From: Candidatus Methylomirabilis oxygeniifera
Lineage (GTDB): Bacteria > Methylomirabilota > Methylomirabilia > Methylomirabilales > Methylomirabilaceae
Assembly: GCA_000091165.1 (NCBI GenBank)
Contig: FP565575.1
Coordinates: 570,001 to 602,000, forward strand
Direction of reading: 5' to 3'
Length of the DNA: 32,000 nt
Shown: in pieces, positions 22,654 through 31,604 of the stretch
How the letters are laid out: every line of letters starts with the position of its first letter
How positions within the stretch are numbered: position 1 is the stretch's first letter
Notes under the pieces: model-generated
Databases searched by the model: none
What the model was told of the DNA's origin: nothing
What the model saw: the letters and a program-made list of their open reading frames with translations, nothing else
Made by a program: the position numbers and the translations under genes

Positions 22654-23907
22654 CTAATCAGGCGGGGTCATTGACCAGGTCTGGTCCGGCTCTTCTCTGG
22701 CGATAACCACAATGCCCGAGTCCGAGACGTGGTAGCGCTCACGGTCCTTCTCTGCGTGATAGCCGATCTCGGTTCCTGGTCGGATAAACACATTTTTATC
22801 GATGATGGCCCGCCGAATCCGACAGCCCCGTCCGATTTCAACCCGATTCATGATGACCGATTCCTCAATCTGGCAATGGCTGTGAATACGGACGTTACGG
22901 CCGATTACTGAATTGCGGACCAGGCTTCCGCTGATGATGGTCCCCTCGGCGACGATAGAGTCCAACGCCATCCCTCGCCGCCCGTCTTCATCAAAGACGA
23001 ATTTGGCGGGCGGGTCGCTGTAGCTGACGGTACGAATCGGCCAACTCCGGTTGTAGAGGTTAAAGGTCGGGTGGACGGCCCGCAGGTCCATATTTGCCTC
23101 GTAATACGCCTCAATAGTTCCGACATCCCGCCAATAACTCGGCTCCTCCCCTCGCAACAAGGTAGGAATCCGGTTCCTCCTGAAGTCGTAGGCATACACC
23201 TTCCTGCCTTCTGCCACCAGACGAGGGAGAACGTCTCTGCCGAAGTCGTGGGTGCTGTGGGGATCATGCGCGTCCTCCTCGACTGCCCGGAGTAGAAGAT
23301 CCGTCTCGAACAGGTAGTTACCCATTGAGACGAGCGCGTGTTCCGACTCCCCAGGGATCGGTTTTGGCTGTGCGGGTTTTTCCTCGAAGCCGAGAAGCCG
23401 CCAGGTGTGATCCGCTTCCATTACGCCGTAATGCGATGCCTCCTCAATGCCGACCGGAAGGGCTGCAACGGTAACCTCTGCCTCCCTTCGCAGGTGGTAC
23501 TCCATCATTTGGCGAATATTCATCTTATAAATATGGTCGGCTCCGAAGACCGCCACAACGCGTGGGTGGACCCGCTTGATCAGATGAACATTCTGGAAGA
23601 CAGCATCCGCCGTTCCGCGGTACCAATCTTCGCCCGTCCGCATCTGGGCAGGAACCGGAACGACAAAATGATTTCGGGACACGCTGGTTACTTGCCAGCC
23701 TTCCTGCAGGTGCTCCACCAGCGACTGGGCCTTGAATTGCGTCAGGACATAGATGGAATAGATACCGGAGTTGACGAAATTGGACAGGACCACGTCGATG
23801 ATTCGGTACTTGCCGCCGAACGGGACCGCCGGCTTGGCTCGGTCCTTCGTCAGAGGATGGAGCCTTTCACCTCGTCCTCCCGCCATAATGATTCCCAGAA
23901 CGGTCAT
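22654..23907 (-). CDS. glgC: Glucose-1-phosphate adenylyltransferase
   Basis: VLGIIMAGGRGERLHPLTKDRAKPAVPFGGKYRIIDVVLSNFVNSG; conserved GlgC motifs to the C-terminus. Confidence 0.96.
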   Translation of the reverse strand: MTVLGIIMAGGRGERLHPLTKDRAKPAVPFGGKYRIIDVVLSNFVNSGIYSIYVLTQFKAQSLVEHLQEGWQVTSVSRNHFVVPVPAQMRTGEDWYRGTADAVFQNVHLIKRVHPRVVAVFGADHIYKMNIRQMMEYHLRREAEVTVAALPVGIEEASHYGVMEADHTWRLLGFEEKPAQPKPIPGESEHALVSMGNYLFETDLLLRAVEEDAHDPHSTHDFGRDVLPRLVAEGRKVYAYDFRRNRIPTLLRGEEPSYWRDVGTIEAYYEANMDLRAVHPTFNLYNRSWPIRTVSYSDPPAKFVFDEDGRRGMALDSIVAEGTIISGSLVRNSVIGRNVRIHSHCQIEESVIMNRVEIGRGCRIRRAIIDKNVFIRPGTEIGYHAEKDRERYHVSDSGIVVIAREEPDQTWSMTPPD

Positions 23908-24156
23908 CCGCTATCCTCCTCAAATCCAGACCATGTGGTCAGTGCGTCGGAATTCAGCCTCTGCCGAGTACGGCCCAAGTGGGGTGCGACTCAGCATTGC
24001 TGCGATTATCCACACTCAGGCGGCCGTTGGCAAGAGAATGAACCTGGTACGCTTCTACTTTCTGGACCATAGATCGCATGACACTTTTAGGAGAGGCGCC
24101 TGATAGAGGGGATGGGGGTGAGGCTGAGAGGGGAAAACTTGCCAACCGGGGCAGCC

Positions 24157-25380
24157 TCATGTCCGGTGGAGGACGTTGAACAGGGCGGGTGGCGATAAGA
24201 GGGCGTGTGGCGGGAGTAGATCCCCGATGATACCAAGCAGCAGATTCGCAAGCGATTGACGTCGACAGAGAAGCCGCGCGACCGCGTTCGCAACGCGTGG
24301 TCGACGGATGATGGCCTGTAACGCAATACCAAGCCGCCGCCTGCCTCTCACAGCATTGCGCTGATGGTGATCAAACCGCGCAAGGTGAGCCTCGGTCAGA
24401 CCCCCGTCGCCTTCGGCACAGGCGGAGACGATCTCGCTGGCCGCGAGTTGCGCGCCGCAAAGGGCGTGACCTACCCCTTCGCCGGTAAAAGGATCGTAAA
24501 AGCCTGCCGCATCTCCAATTAGCAGCGCGCCGGCCATGGCGCTACGACTCGCTCGAAACGCCAGAGGGCCGAGGCATCGGACCGACCCGCGTCGCACCGT
24601 GTCACGAAGGGCGCTCAGTGCGAGGGGAAACGCCTGCAGCGTGCCGTCGAACAGCTCGTCAAGTTGCCCTTTCCAGCCTTGCACGATCCCCTGATCCACC
24701 ACAATGGCGGCGTTGGTCAGCCATTCACCGATTGAATTCAGGATGCAATACGACCGATCGCCGATCGAGATCAGCCCGTGATCCTGAAGTGTACTGACCC
24801 CCTCATAGTAGGCGACCAGCGCCATCCGATGTAGCGTAGGATGCGGCTGATACAGGCCGAGCCGCCTGGCGACCACTGAGTCTCGTCCGTCCGCTCCCAC
24901 GACGATCCGCCCTCGATACGTCTCCGGGCCCGTCGGCCCGATCCCTGTGACACCGCACACTTGCCCGTTCTCCAAAATCAGATCGGTCACGCGCAACCCT
25001 TCGACGCATCTCGCCCCGAAACCGCGAGCCCATTTCAGCAAGAGGCTGTCAAGGATAGCCCTTGGAATGGAAAGCGCGAACGGGGGCCCCGCGTTGATTC
25101 TGCTGATGGCGGGAAATTCGGCCGTGAAGGTCGTACCATCCGGGGAGATAATCGTCATGCCCAGCAGGCGCCGCGCCCCGGCCGAGCGTACGAGGTCAAG
25201 CAGATTAAGCTGATCGAGAAGTCCGACGGTCCCCGGGCTGAGATAGTCGCCGCAGATCTTCTCGCGAGGGAAGGTCGCCTTGTCGAGCAGCAGCGCGTCA
25301 ATCCCGCGCCGGGCTAAAAGACCGGCTAGGACCGAGCCGGCCGGACCGGCGCCCACAATGATGACCGTGGTCTGTGGCAT
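24157..25380 (-). CDS. FAD-dependent oxidoreductase (geranylgeranyl reductase-like)
   Basis: VIIVGAGPAGSVLAGLLARRGIDALLLDK, VVGADGRDSVVARRLG, LLIGDAAGFYDPFTGEGVGHAL. Confidence 0.88.
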   Translation of the reverse strand: MPQTTVIIVGAGPAGSVLAGLLARRGIDALLLDKATFPREKICGDYLSPGTVGLLDQLNLLDLVRSAGARRLLGMTIISPDGTTFTAEFPAISRINAGPPFALSIPRAILDSLLLKWARGFGARCVEGLRVTDLILENGQVCGVTGIGPTGPETYRGRIVVGADGRDSVVARRLGLYQPHPTLHRMALVAYYEGVSTLQDHGLISIGDRSYCILNSIGEWLTNAAIVVDQGIVQGWKGQLDELFDGTLQAFPLALSALRDTVRRGSVRCLGPLAFRASRSAMAGALLIGDAAGFYDPFTGEGVGHALCGAQLAASEIVSACAEGDGGLTEAHLARFDHHQRNAVRGRRRLGIALQAIIRRPRVANAVARLLCRRQSLANLLLGIIGDLLPPHALLSPPALFNVLHRT

Positions 25381-25396
25381 GATGTAGCGAATAGCC

Positions 25397-25426
25397 TTCA
25401 GCGATCAGCCCTCAGCCGTCAGCTTC
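25397..25426. repeat. Short repeat of GCGATCAGC/GTCAGC family (left flank of composite)
   Basis: cttcagcgatcagccctcagccgtcagctt. Confidence 0.5.
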
Positions 25427-25430
25427 AAAC

Positions 25431-25467
25431 AAACCCCCCTGACCCCCCTTTCAAAAAAAGGGGGGGA
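25431..25467. repeat. C/G-rich palindromic repeat, copy 2
   Basis: aaacccccctgacccccctttcaaaaaaaggggggga. Confidence 0.8.
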
Positions 25468-25481
25468 TATTACTGAGACGC

Positions 25482-25525
25482 TTCCTTCCCTCCCCCTTTC
25501 GTAAAGGGGGATTGAGGAGGTTTTC
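25482..25525. repeat. C/G-rich palindromic repeat, copy 3
   Basis: ttccctccccctttcgtaaagggggattgaggaggttttc. Confidence 0.75.
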
Positions 25526-25530
25526 ATGCG

Positions 25531-25554
25531 TTGATCGCTGAAAGCTGATAGCTG
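25531..25554. repeat. Short repeat TTGATCGCTGAAAGCTGATAGCTG (right flank of composite)
   Basis: Near reverse complement of the left-flank element; same family as 3184-3221. Confidence 0.55.
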
Positions 25555-25559
25555 TCTTC

Positions 25560-26282
25560 TCAAGTTGCAATCTCTTTGGTGAGGGCGATGCGGAACCAGA
25601 GATGACGGCTCAGTCGCACATCGGTAAGACCGGCTTCGGTCGCCATGCGACGCAACTCCTCTGGTCTGAAACCGCGAAGGACCGACATCGGACCGTCGTG
25701 GCGCGTCAGCCGATTGCCGGATAGCAGCCGTGTAGTTATCGCGGTCAGCAGACAGGCGAGTCGGCTGCGCAGCAGGTCATTGACCAGCAGCCCGCGTCGG
25801 GTTACCCGCGCCATCTCCCGCAGCAGGAGGATTCCTTCCGCCTCCGTCAGGTGGTGAAAGAAGAGAGAGGCGATGACGTAGTCGAAGCTGCGGTCCGGGT
25901 AGGGCAAGGGGGGCACTTGCGCCTGTCGCAGTCGGATCTCCGGGAAGTCGATCGACCATTCGGTTGCAGCCGCCAGAACATGGTCGTTCTGATCCACGGC
26001 TTCAATAGCGACAGGAAATTTGCGCTTCCTGGCCCAACGGCAGATGGCCCTGGGAATATCGGCGCCGCCGGTTGCCATATCCAGAATCGTGAAGGACCTC
26101 GGCGAATGCTGTTCTACCATTCGACCGAGGCATAAGAGTACCGTACGCACACCGCCGAAATATCGGTTCAGTCGCTCCAGGTCGCGCAGATTCTCACGGA
26201 TCTCCTCAGCGGAGTTATCCGAGCGGTCCAGTAGTTCCGCCGCCCCTTGGAGACGAGGGAGGGACAGTCGGGTCGTCACCAT
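25560..26282 (-). CDS. Class I SAM-dependent methyltransferase
   Basis: FTILDMATGGADIPRAICRWA (SAM motif I), FDYVIASLFFHHLTEAEGILLLREMARVTRRG. Confidence 0.88.
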   Translation of the reverse strand: MVTTRLSLPRLQGAAELLDRSDNSAEEIRENLRDLERLNRYFGGVRTVLLCLGRMVEQHSPRSFTILDMATGGADIPRAICRWARKRKFPVAIEAVDQNDHVLAAATEWSIDFPEIRLRQAQVPPLPYPDRSFDYVIASLFFHHLTEAEGILLLREMARVTRRGLLVNDLLRSRLACLLTAITTRLLSGNRLTRHDGPMSVLRGFRPEELRRMATEAGLTDVRLSRHLWFRIALTKEIAT

Positions 26283-27301
26283 CGCAGTAGCGCACCCTCC
26301 GCGCAGAAGCCCGGCCCGAGCGCAATCATCACGCCCAGGTCGCCGGGAAATGCCTGCCCGGATCTGATCACTTCATTGAGAACGAAGAGAACCGTGGCCG
26401 ACGACATATTCCCGAATTGGCGAAGCACCTGCCGGGAGAATTGGAGGTCAGCGTCACCGAGCCCGATCTCGCGTTGCGCCCGTTCGAGGACCCCTCGGCC
26501 GGCGGAGTGCAGGACCCAGAATCGGATATCCTCCTGCTTAAGATGATAGCGATCGAGTATTGCCGCCGCCAGCTCCTTCATCATGGCGCTGCCGATTCCC
26601 CTGATCTCCTTGGACAGCAGGATGCGGGGTCGTCCGCTCGGATAGGTAAACCCCATCAGGTCAAGGTACTCGGAACGAACCAGACTCATGTGGCCCATGA
26701 CCTCAACCCCGGCGCCATCGGATGCCAGGATGGCCGCCGCGGCCCCGTCGGCAAAGATCGCGTTGGCCACGGCGGTTTCGAGGGAATCATCGAGGTAGTA
26801 GGTTGAGGAACAGATCTCCACGGAGACGATCAGCGCCCGATGATCAGGAAAGGCCAGCAGGTGGTTATAGGCCTGCTGCAGCGCAATCATCCCGCTGGCG
26901 CAGCCCATATCTCCCACATGTACCCGTTGAACCCGTTCCTTCATCCTGAATTCCCGGACGAAATAGGCGTCGAGGTTGGGACACAGCCGGCCGGTGCAGG
27001 TGGTGGTCACTACAAAGTCGATCTCCTGAGCGGAGCAGCCGGCCTTGTCCAGGGCGCGCTGGATCGCCTGGCGGCCGATCTCGATGCCTCCTTTGCGGAA
27101 TCTGGCGTTGAGTTCGTCCGTGGTCTCAGTGGGGCGAAAGGTAGGCTTATCCACATACATATGCCGCTGCTCAATGCCGCTGTGGAGGAAAAAGCCCCGC
27201 CGTCGCTCATCGGTATACGATGCGATGGCCAGCAGCTCTTCTTGGGTGAAAGACGTTGTGGGGTTAGCGGTGTCGAGCGCGATAATCCTGGGGTTGGGCA
27301 T
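26276..27301 (-). CDS. Type III polyketide synthase (chalcone/stilbene synthase family)
   Basis: VHVGDMGCASGMIAL (nucleophile Cys), FWVLHSAGRGVLE (His), RQFGNMSSATVLFVL (Asn), GPGFCAEGALLRW end. Confidence 0.94.
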   Translation of the reverse strand: MPNPRIIALDTANPTTSFTQEELLAIASYTDERRRGFFLHSGIEQRHMYVDKPTFRPTETTDELNARFRKGGIEIGRQAIQRALDKAGCSAQEIDFVVTTTCTGRLCPNLDAYFVREFRMKERVQRVHVGDMGCASGMIALQQAYNHLLAFPDHRALIVSVEICSSTYYLDDSLETAVANAIFADGAAAAILASDGAGVEVMGHMSLVRSEYLDLMGFTYPSGRPRILLSKEIRGIGSAMMKELAAAILDRYHLKQEDIRFWVLHSAGRGVLERAQREIGLGDADLQFSRQVLRQFGNMSSATVLFVLNEVIRSGQAFPGDLGVMIALGPGFCAEGALLRW

Positions 27302-27558
27302 GTGTACGCCTCCTAATGGTTCATTGGTGCCTCATCGTGGAGAGCAGCCAATCAATTCTACTGAGCGTTCGGCTTCGACGTTCCGGTTGGGTTGTGAGAT
27401 CAAGTTGATCCTACAGCGAAGGTGTGCCATAGTTAGTTGAGTAGGCGAAATGACTCTACCGGGTACCATAGACATCACTATATAACTGAGAGCGTGGTTC
27501 GCAACCTATCATTAAACTATGGGATTGACTCCTCAAGCACAAGAAATTTCTTTAACCT

Positions 27559-28452
27559 ATGTTTACCACAAAAACGTATACAAAAGATTTTAAGTATTTT
27601 AAGGAGCAATACGACGAAAGCATGGAGCGCATGTTTGCGGCGGTCAGCGATCTCTACGCCGAATACTGGAACGATTTTTTTCATTTTGCGCTGTTCAAGG
27701 ATGAAGATGAGAGTCGGGAGTCGGCTTTCCACAATACTCACAAGAAATATCTGGAAGCTCTGCGGATAGGCGACGCGCGTCATGTGCTCGAACTGGCTTG
27801 CGGGAGAGGCGGCTTTACGAATGTTCTGGCCGAACATACGTCCGGTGACGTGTTGGGGATCGATATTTCTCGTTCACAACTTTCACATGCCAGGAGATTC
27901 AAGCGGCCGAACTTACGTTTCAGGCACCACGACATCATGAAAGTTGATGAACTCGGAGAAATGTTTGACGCAGTCGTGCTCATGGACGCGGAGTGCTACT
28001 TACCGGATAAACAATTGGCTGTAGAGAAAATCTCGAACGTGATGAACCCAGGAGCTCGCCTTCTTCTCCTCGGATGGTGCAAGCAGGATGGGTTGAACTC
28101 AATTCAGGAAGAACTTGTCTTGCATCCATTTATGAAATACTGGGCCATCCCAAGTCTTGAAACGCCGGACAATTACAGAAAATATTTTGAGCACAACGAT
28201 TTCAACATCATTGAGATGACTGATCTAAATCATCAAGTCAAGAGAAACTGGGAGTTTGGCTATGCGTCAGCGTTGAAGGCCATTAAGACGCTTTCAATCA
28301 AAGACGTTCCGCGCCTCGTCTGGAAAGATATGAGATTGGGGAGCGAGGGGGTCAGACTCATGAAAGAGCAATTTCCGGCCGCTATCTACATCAAGGTCGG
28401 CTACGACGTGGGGTTCCTTCGCTATGTCTACTTCCTGGTCGAGAAGAAATAA
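27559..28452 (+). CDS. Class I SAM-dependent methyltransferase
   Basis: HVLELACGRGGFTNVLAEHTSGDVLGIDIS (SAM motif I), EMFDAVVLMDAECYLPDKQLAVEKISNVMNPGARLLLLGW. Confidence 0.87.
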   Translation: MFTTKTYTKDFKYFKEQYDESMERMFAAVSDLYAEYWNDFFHFALFKDEDESRESAFHNTHKKYLEALRIGDARHVLELACGRGGFTNVLAEHTSGDVLGIDISRSQLSHARRFKRPNLRFRHHDIMKVDELGEMFDAVVLMDAECYLPDKQLAVEKISNVMNPGARLLLLGWCKQDGLNSIQEELVLHPFMKYWAIPSLETPDNYRKYFEHNDFNIIEMTDLNHQVKRNWEFGYASALKAIKTLSIKDVPRLVWKDMRLGSEGVRLMKEQFPAAIYIKVGYDVGFLRYVYFLVEKK

Positions 28453-28649
28453 AACTCCTTTTCTCGTACATTTCCCTTGACAAGAATTACGTCATATTTG
28501 AATATCGCCCCGTATCTGAGGTGAGGTTCCTCTTTTTATTTCCCGCCGATAACACCCATACACGCTAGATCGACGATGCCACATGACAGTGACCGACCTT
28601 TGCCGGCCTCGCGCGTGCTTGACATCGCCACCGATAGTGGGGGTAGCAG

Positions 28650-29762
28650 ATGAGTGGAGCGACTGAACCCTTAAAGCGTACCCCGCTGTTCGAGATGCAC
28701 CGTTGTCTGGGCGCCAGGATGGTGGCCTTTGGCGGCTGGGAGATGCCGGTGCAGTATGCCGGGATTCTGGAGGAGCATCGCGCCGTCAGGGAGCGGGCGG
28801 GTCTGTTCGATGTGTCGCATATGGGGGAGATCGAGATCACGGGACCCGGCGCCTTGGACGCGATTCAGCGCCTCACCCCGAATGATGCGTCTCGGCTCTC
28901 TGTCGGAGAGGTGCAATATTCCGCATTGACCACCCCAGAGGGGACATTCGTAGATGACATCACCGTGTATAAGTTTGCGGATGACCGCTACGGTGTAACG
29001 GTGAACGCCGCGAATATCGAGAAGGACTATGCCTGGATCCGCGAGCACGTGCCATCAGGTGTTGAGGTCAGGAATGCCAGCGATGACAGGGCTCTTCTGG
29101 CCATTCAGGGACCCAGGGCGCAGGAGATCCTGGGGAAGCTGACCTCCGTGGAGTTGGGAACACTGAGGTACTTCCGGTTTGTCGAAGGGCAAGCGATCGG
29201 CATCGACTGCTGCATCTCCCGAACAGGGTACACCGGTGAGGACGGCTTCGAGGTCTATATTCCACCGCAGCATACCGTTACCCTCTGGAATGCCCTCCTC
29301 GAGGCAGGGACACCGGTGGGACTGCAACCCTGTGGCCTCGGCGCCCGCGATACGCTGCGCCTGGAGGCCAAGATGGCTCTGTACGGTCAGGACATCGACG
29401 ACCGCCACACCGTTCTGGAGGCGGACCTCGGCTGGATCGTGAAGCTGGAGAAGGGGGAGTTCATCGGCCGCGAGGCGCTTGCGCGGCAGAAAGCGGCTGG
29501 GATCAGCCGGAAGCTGGTGGGGTTCGAGATGTGCGGCCGGGGGATCGCCCGTCCCCACTATGCGATTGTCAATGGGAGTCAGCCGATCGGCGAGGTGACC
29601 AGCGGCGGTCCCTCGCCCTCGCTCGGGAAGAACATCGGGCTGGGGTATGTGGCGGTGCAGCACGCGGCCATCGGAACCGAGTTCGACATCGTGATCCGCG
29701 GCCAGCCTGTCGCTGCGAGGGTTGTTCGAACTCCTTTCTATAAGCGACAAAGGGATTCATAG
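28650..29762 (+). CDS. gcvT: Aminomethyltransferase (glycine cleavage T protein)
   Basis: VAFGGWEMPVQYAGILEEHRAVRERAGLFDVSHMGEI, SRTGYTGEDGFEVY, LGLGARDTLRLEAKMALYGQDID-like motifs. Confidence 0.97.
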   Translation: MSGATEPLKRTPLFEMHRCLGARMVAFGGWEMPVQYAGILEEHRAVRERAGLFDVSHMGEIEITGPGALDAIQRLTPNDASRLSVGEVQYSALTTPEGTFVDDITVYKFADDRYGVTVNAANIEKDYAWIREHVPSGVEVRNASDDRALLAIQGPRAQEILGKLTSVELGTLRYFRFVEGQAIGIDCCISRTGYTGEDGFEVYIPPQHTVTLWNALLEAGTPVGLQPCGLGARDTLRLEAKMALYGQDIDDRHTVLEADLGWIVKLEKGEFIGREALARQKAAGISRKLVGFEMCGRGIARPHYAIVNGSQPIGEVTSGGPSPSLGKNIGLGYVAVQHAAIGTEFDIVIRGQPVAARVVRTPFYKRQRDS

Positions 29763-29779
29763 CCGATAGTTCATAGATC

Positions 29780-29825
29780 AAATCCCCCTCGACCCCCCTT
29801 TATTAAAGGGGGGAACGGGGGGATT
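29780..29825. repeat. C/G-rich palindromic repeat, copy 4 (gcvT-gcvH intergenic)
   Basis: aaatccccctcgacccccctttattaaaggggggaacggggggatt. Confidence 0.88.
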
Positions 29826-29868
29826 TCGGCTGTCAACTGTGCACTGTGAACCTTAGGAGGAGGTGATC

Positions 29869-30255
29869 ATGGTTCCTGAGGGGTTGCATTATACGAAAGC
29901 GCACGAATGGATCAAGGTTGAGGGGGATCGTGGACGTATCGGGATCACCCACTTTGCCCAGAGCCAACTCGGCGACATTGTGTTCGCCGAGTTGCCGCAG
30001 GTCGGGAGGGTCCTGCATCAGATGGAGGCGTTCGGTGTCGTCGAGTCGGTGAAGGCCGTCTCCGACCTGTACTGTCCGCTGACCGGTGAGGTGCTTGAGG
30101 TCAATTCCTCGCTCGAATCGAGCCCGGAGCAGATCAACGCCGATCCCTACGGAGGGGGATGGATCATCGCGGTACACATCGCTGATCCCAGGGAGCTGGC
30201 GAATCTGATGTCCGCTGAGGAGTACAAAGCCTTTCTGGCGGCGGAGGAGCACTGA
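29869..30255 (+). CDS. gcvH: Glycine cleavage system H protein
   Basis: YTKAHEWIKVEGDRGRIGITHFAQSQLGDIVFAELPQVGR, AFGVVESVKAVSDLYCPLTGEV (lipoyl-Lys ESVKA); SD aggagg at 29856-29861. Confidence 0.97.
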   Translation: MVPEGLHYTKAHEWIKVEGDRGRIGITHFAQSQLGDIVFAELPQVGRVLHQMEAFGVVESVKAVSDLYCPLTGEVLEVNSSLESSPEQINADPYGGGWIIAVHIADPRELANLMSAEEYKAFLAAEEH

Positions 30256-31604
30256 TGCAGTACATCCCGAATACGGAGGCCGACTGTCGCGCGATGCTGG
30301 ATGCCATCGGCGTCCGGTCAAGCGAGGAGCTGTTTGCCGACATCCCCTCCAAGCTCAAGCTCAAGCGAGGACTGAACCTGGCGCCGCCACTGTCCGAGAC
30401 CGGACTGCGACGGCATATGAAGGAGTTGGCCGGCCGGAACGCGGACGTAGAACAATACCCCTCCTTTTTGGGGGCAGGCGCCTACAATCACTTTATCCCT
30501 GCTGCTGTCTCCCACCTGGTGTTCAGATCGGAGTTCTACACCGCGTATACGCCCTACCAGCCGGAGCTGTCGCAGGGGACACTCCAGGCGATCTACGAGT
30601 ACCAGACGCTGATCTGCCAGCTTACCGGCATGGAGGTAGCCAACGCGTCGATGTATGACGGTTCCAGCGCCCTGGCCGAGGCGGTGCTGATGGCTCACAG
30701 GATCAACGGCCGCCAAGAAGTGGTGCTGCCCATGGCCGTGCACCCGGAGTACCGGACGGTATGCCGCACCTACGTGAGCAAGCTTGGCATCGATCTGCAC
30801 GAGGCGCCCTATACGGACGAGGGTACGACCGACCTGAAACAGGTGAAGGCGGCGCTGTCGGATCGCACCTGCGCCGTTGTGGTCCAGAGCCCGAACTTCT
30901 TCGGAGTTCTGGAGTCGCTCGATGAGCTTGCGGAGGCCGCTCGCCGCGTCGGGGCGCTCCTGATCGTGGTTGTAGCCGAGCCGGTCTCGTTCGGCATCGT
31001 CCGATCCCCGGGCGAGTGCGGGGCGGACATCGTTGTGGGGGAGGGTCAGGCGTTCGGAAATCCTCTGAACTTCGGCGGTCCCTATCTTGGTTTCTTCGCG
31101 TCGAAACAGGCCTATGTCCGCAGTATGCCGGGTCGTTTAGTCGGCCGGACCGAGGATAAGGTCGGGAGGCCGGGTTACGTCCTGACACTGTCTACCCGAG
31201 AACAACATATTAGGCGGGAGAAGGCGACGTCCAACATCTGCACGAACGAAGGGTTGTGCGCCCTGGCTGCGACCGTTCACCTGTCGCTATTGGGGCGAGC
31301 CGGGCTCAGGGAGCTGGCCCTGCTGAACCTCCGCAAGACGGCCTATGCCAAAGACGCGATCTCTCAACTCCGCGATTACGAGCTTCCGTTTGCGGGTCCT
31401 ACCTTCAATGAGTTTGTGGTGCGGGTGAAAAGGCGGACCCCGGCCCAGGTGAATCGCGCGCTGCTGGCCAAAGGCATTATCGGCGGTGTGGAGCTGGGCC
31501 GGTTCTACCCGGAGCTTTCGGATTGCCTGCTCCTCTGCGTGACGGAGCAAAACAGTCGCGAGGAGATCGACGCGCTCTGTAAGGCAATGGGAGGTAAGCG
31601 ATGA
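30255..31604 (+). CDS. gcvPA: Glycine dehydrogenase (decarboxylating) subunit 1
   Basis: MQYIPNTEADCRAMLDAIG, FLGAGAYNHFIPAAVSHLVFRSEFYTAYTPYQPELSQGTLQAIYEYQTLICQLTGMEVANASMYDG. Confidence 0.97.
   Translation: MQYIPNTEADCRAMLDAIGVRSSEELFADIPSKLKLKRGLNLAPPLSETGLRRHMKELAGRNADVEQYPSFLGAGAYNHFIPAAVSHLVFRSEFYTAYTPYQPELSQGTLQAIYEYQTLICQLTGMEVANASMYDGSSALAEAVLMAHRINGRQEVVLPMAVHPEYRTVCRTYVSKLGIDLHEAPYTDEGTTDLKQVKAALSDRTCAVVVQSPNFFGVLESLDELAEAARRVGALLIVVVAEPVSFGIVRSPGECGADIVVGEGQAFGNPLNFGGPYLGFFASKQAYVRSMPGRLVGRTEDKVGRPGYVLTLSTREQHIRREKATSNICTNEGLCALAATVHLSLLGRAGLRELALLNLRKTAYAKDAISQLRDYELPFAGPTFNEFVVRVKRRTPAQVNRALLAKGIIGGVELGRFYPELSDCLLLCVTEQNSREEIDALCKAMGGKR

Noticed and set aside
23338-24072. 244-aa plus-strand ORF opposite glgC
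   Set aside because: Shadow of glgC; no family signature.
25397-25554. CRISPR-like array
   Set aside because: Repeat units are palindromic, inexact and with no regular-length unique spacers; no cas genes nearby.
28500-28649. Possible glycine riboswitch upstream of gcvT
   Set aside because: I could not identify the conserved glycine aptamer core by eye; a covariance-model search (Rfam gcvT) would be decisive.
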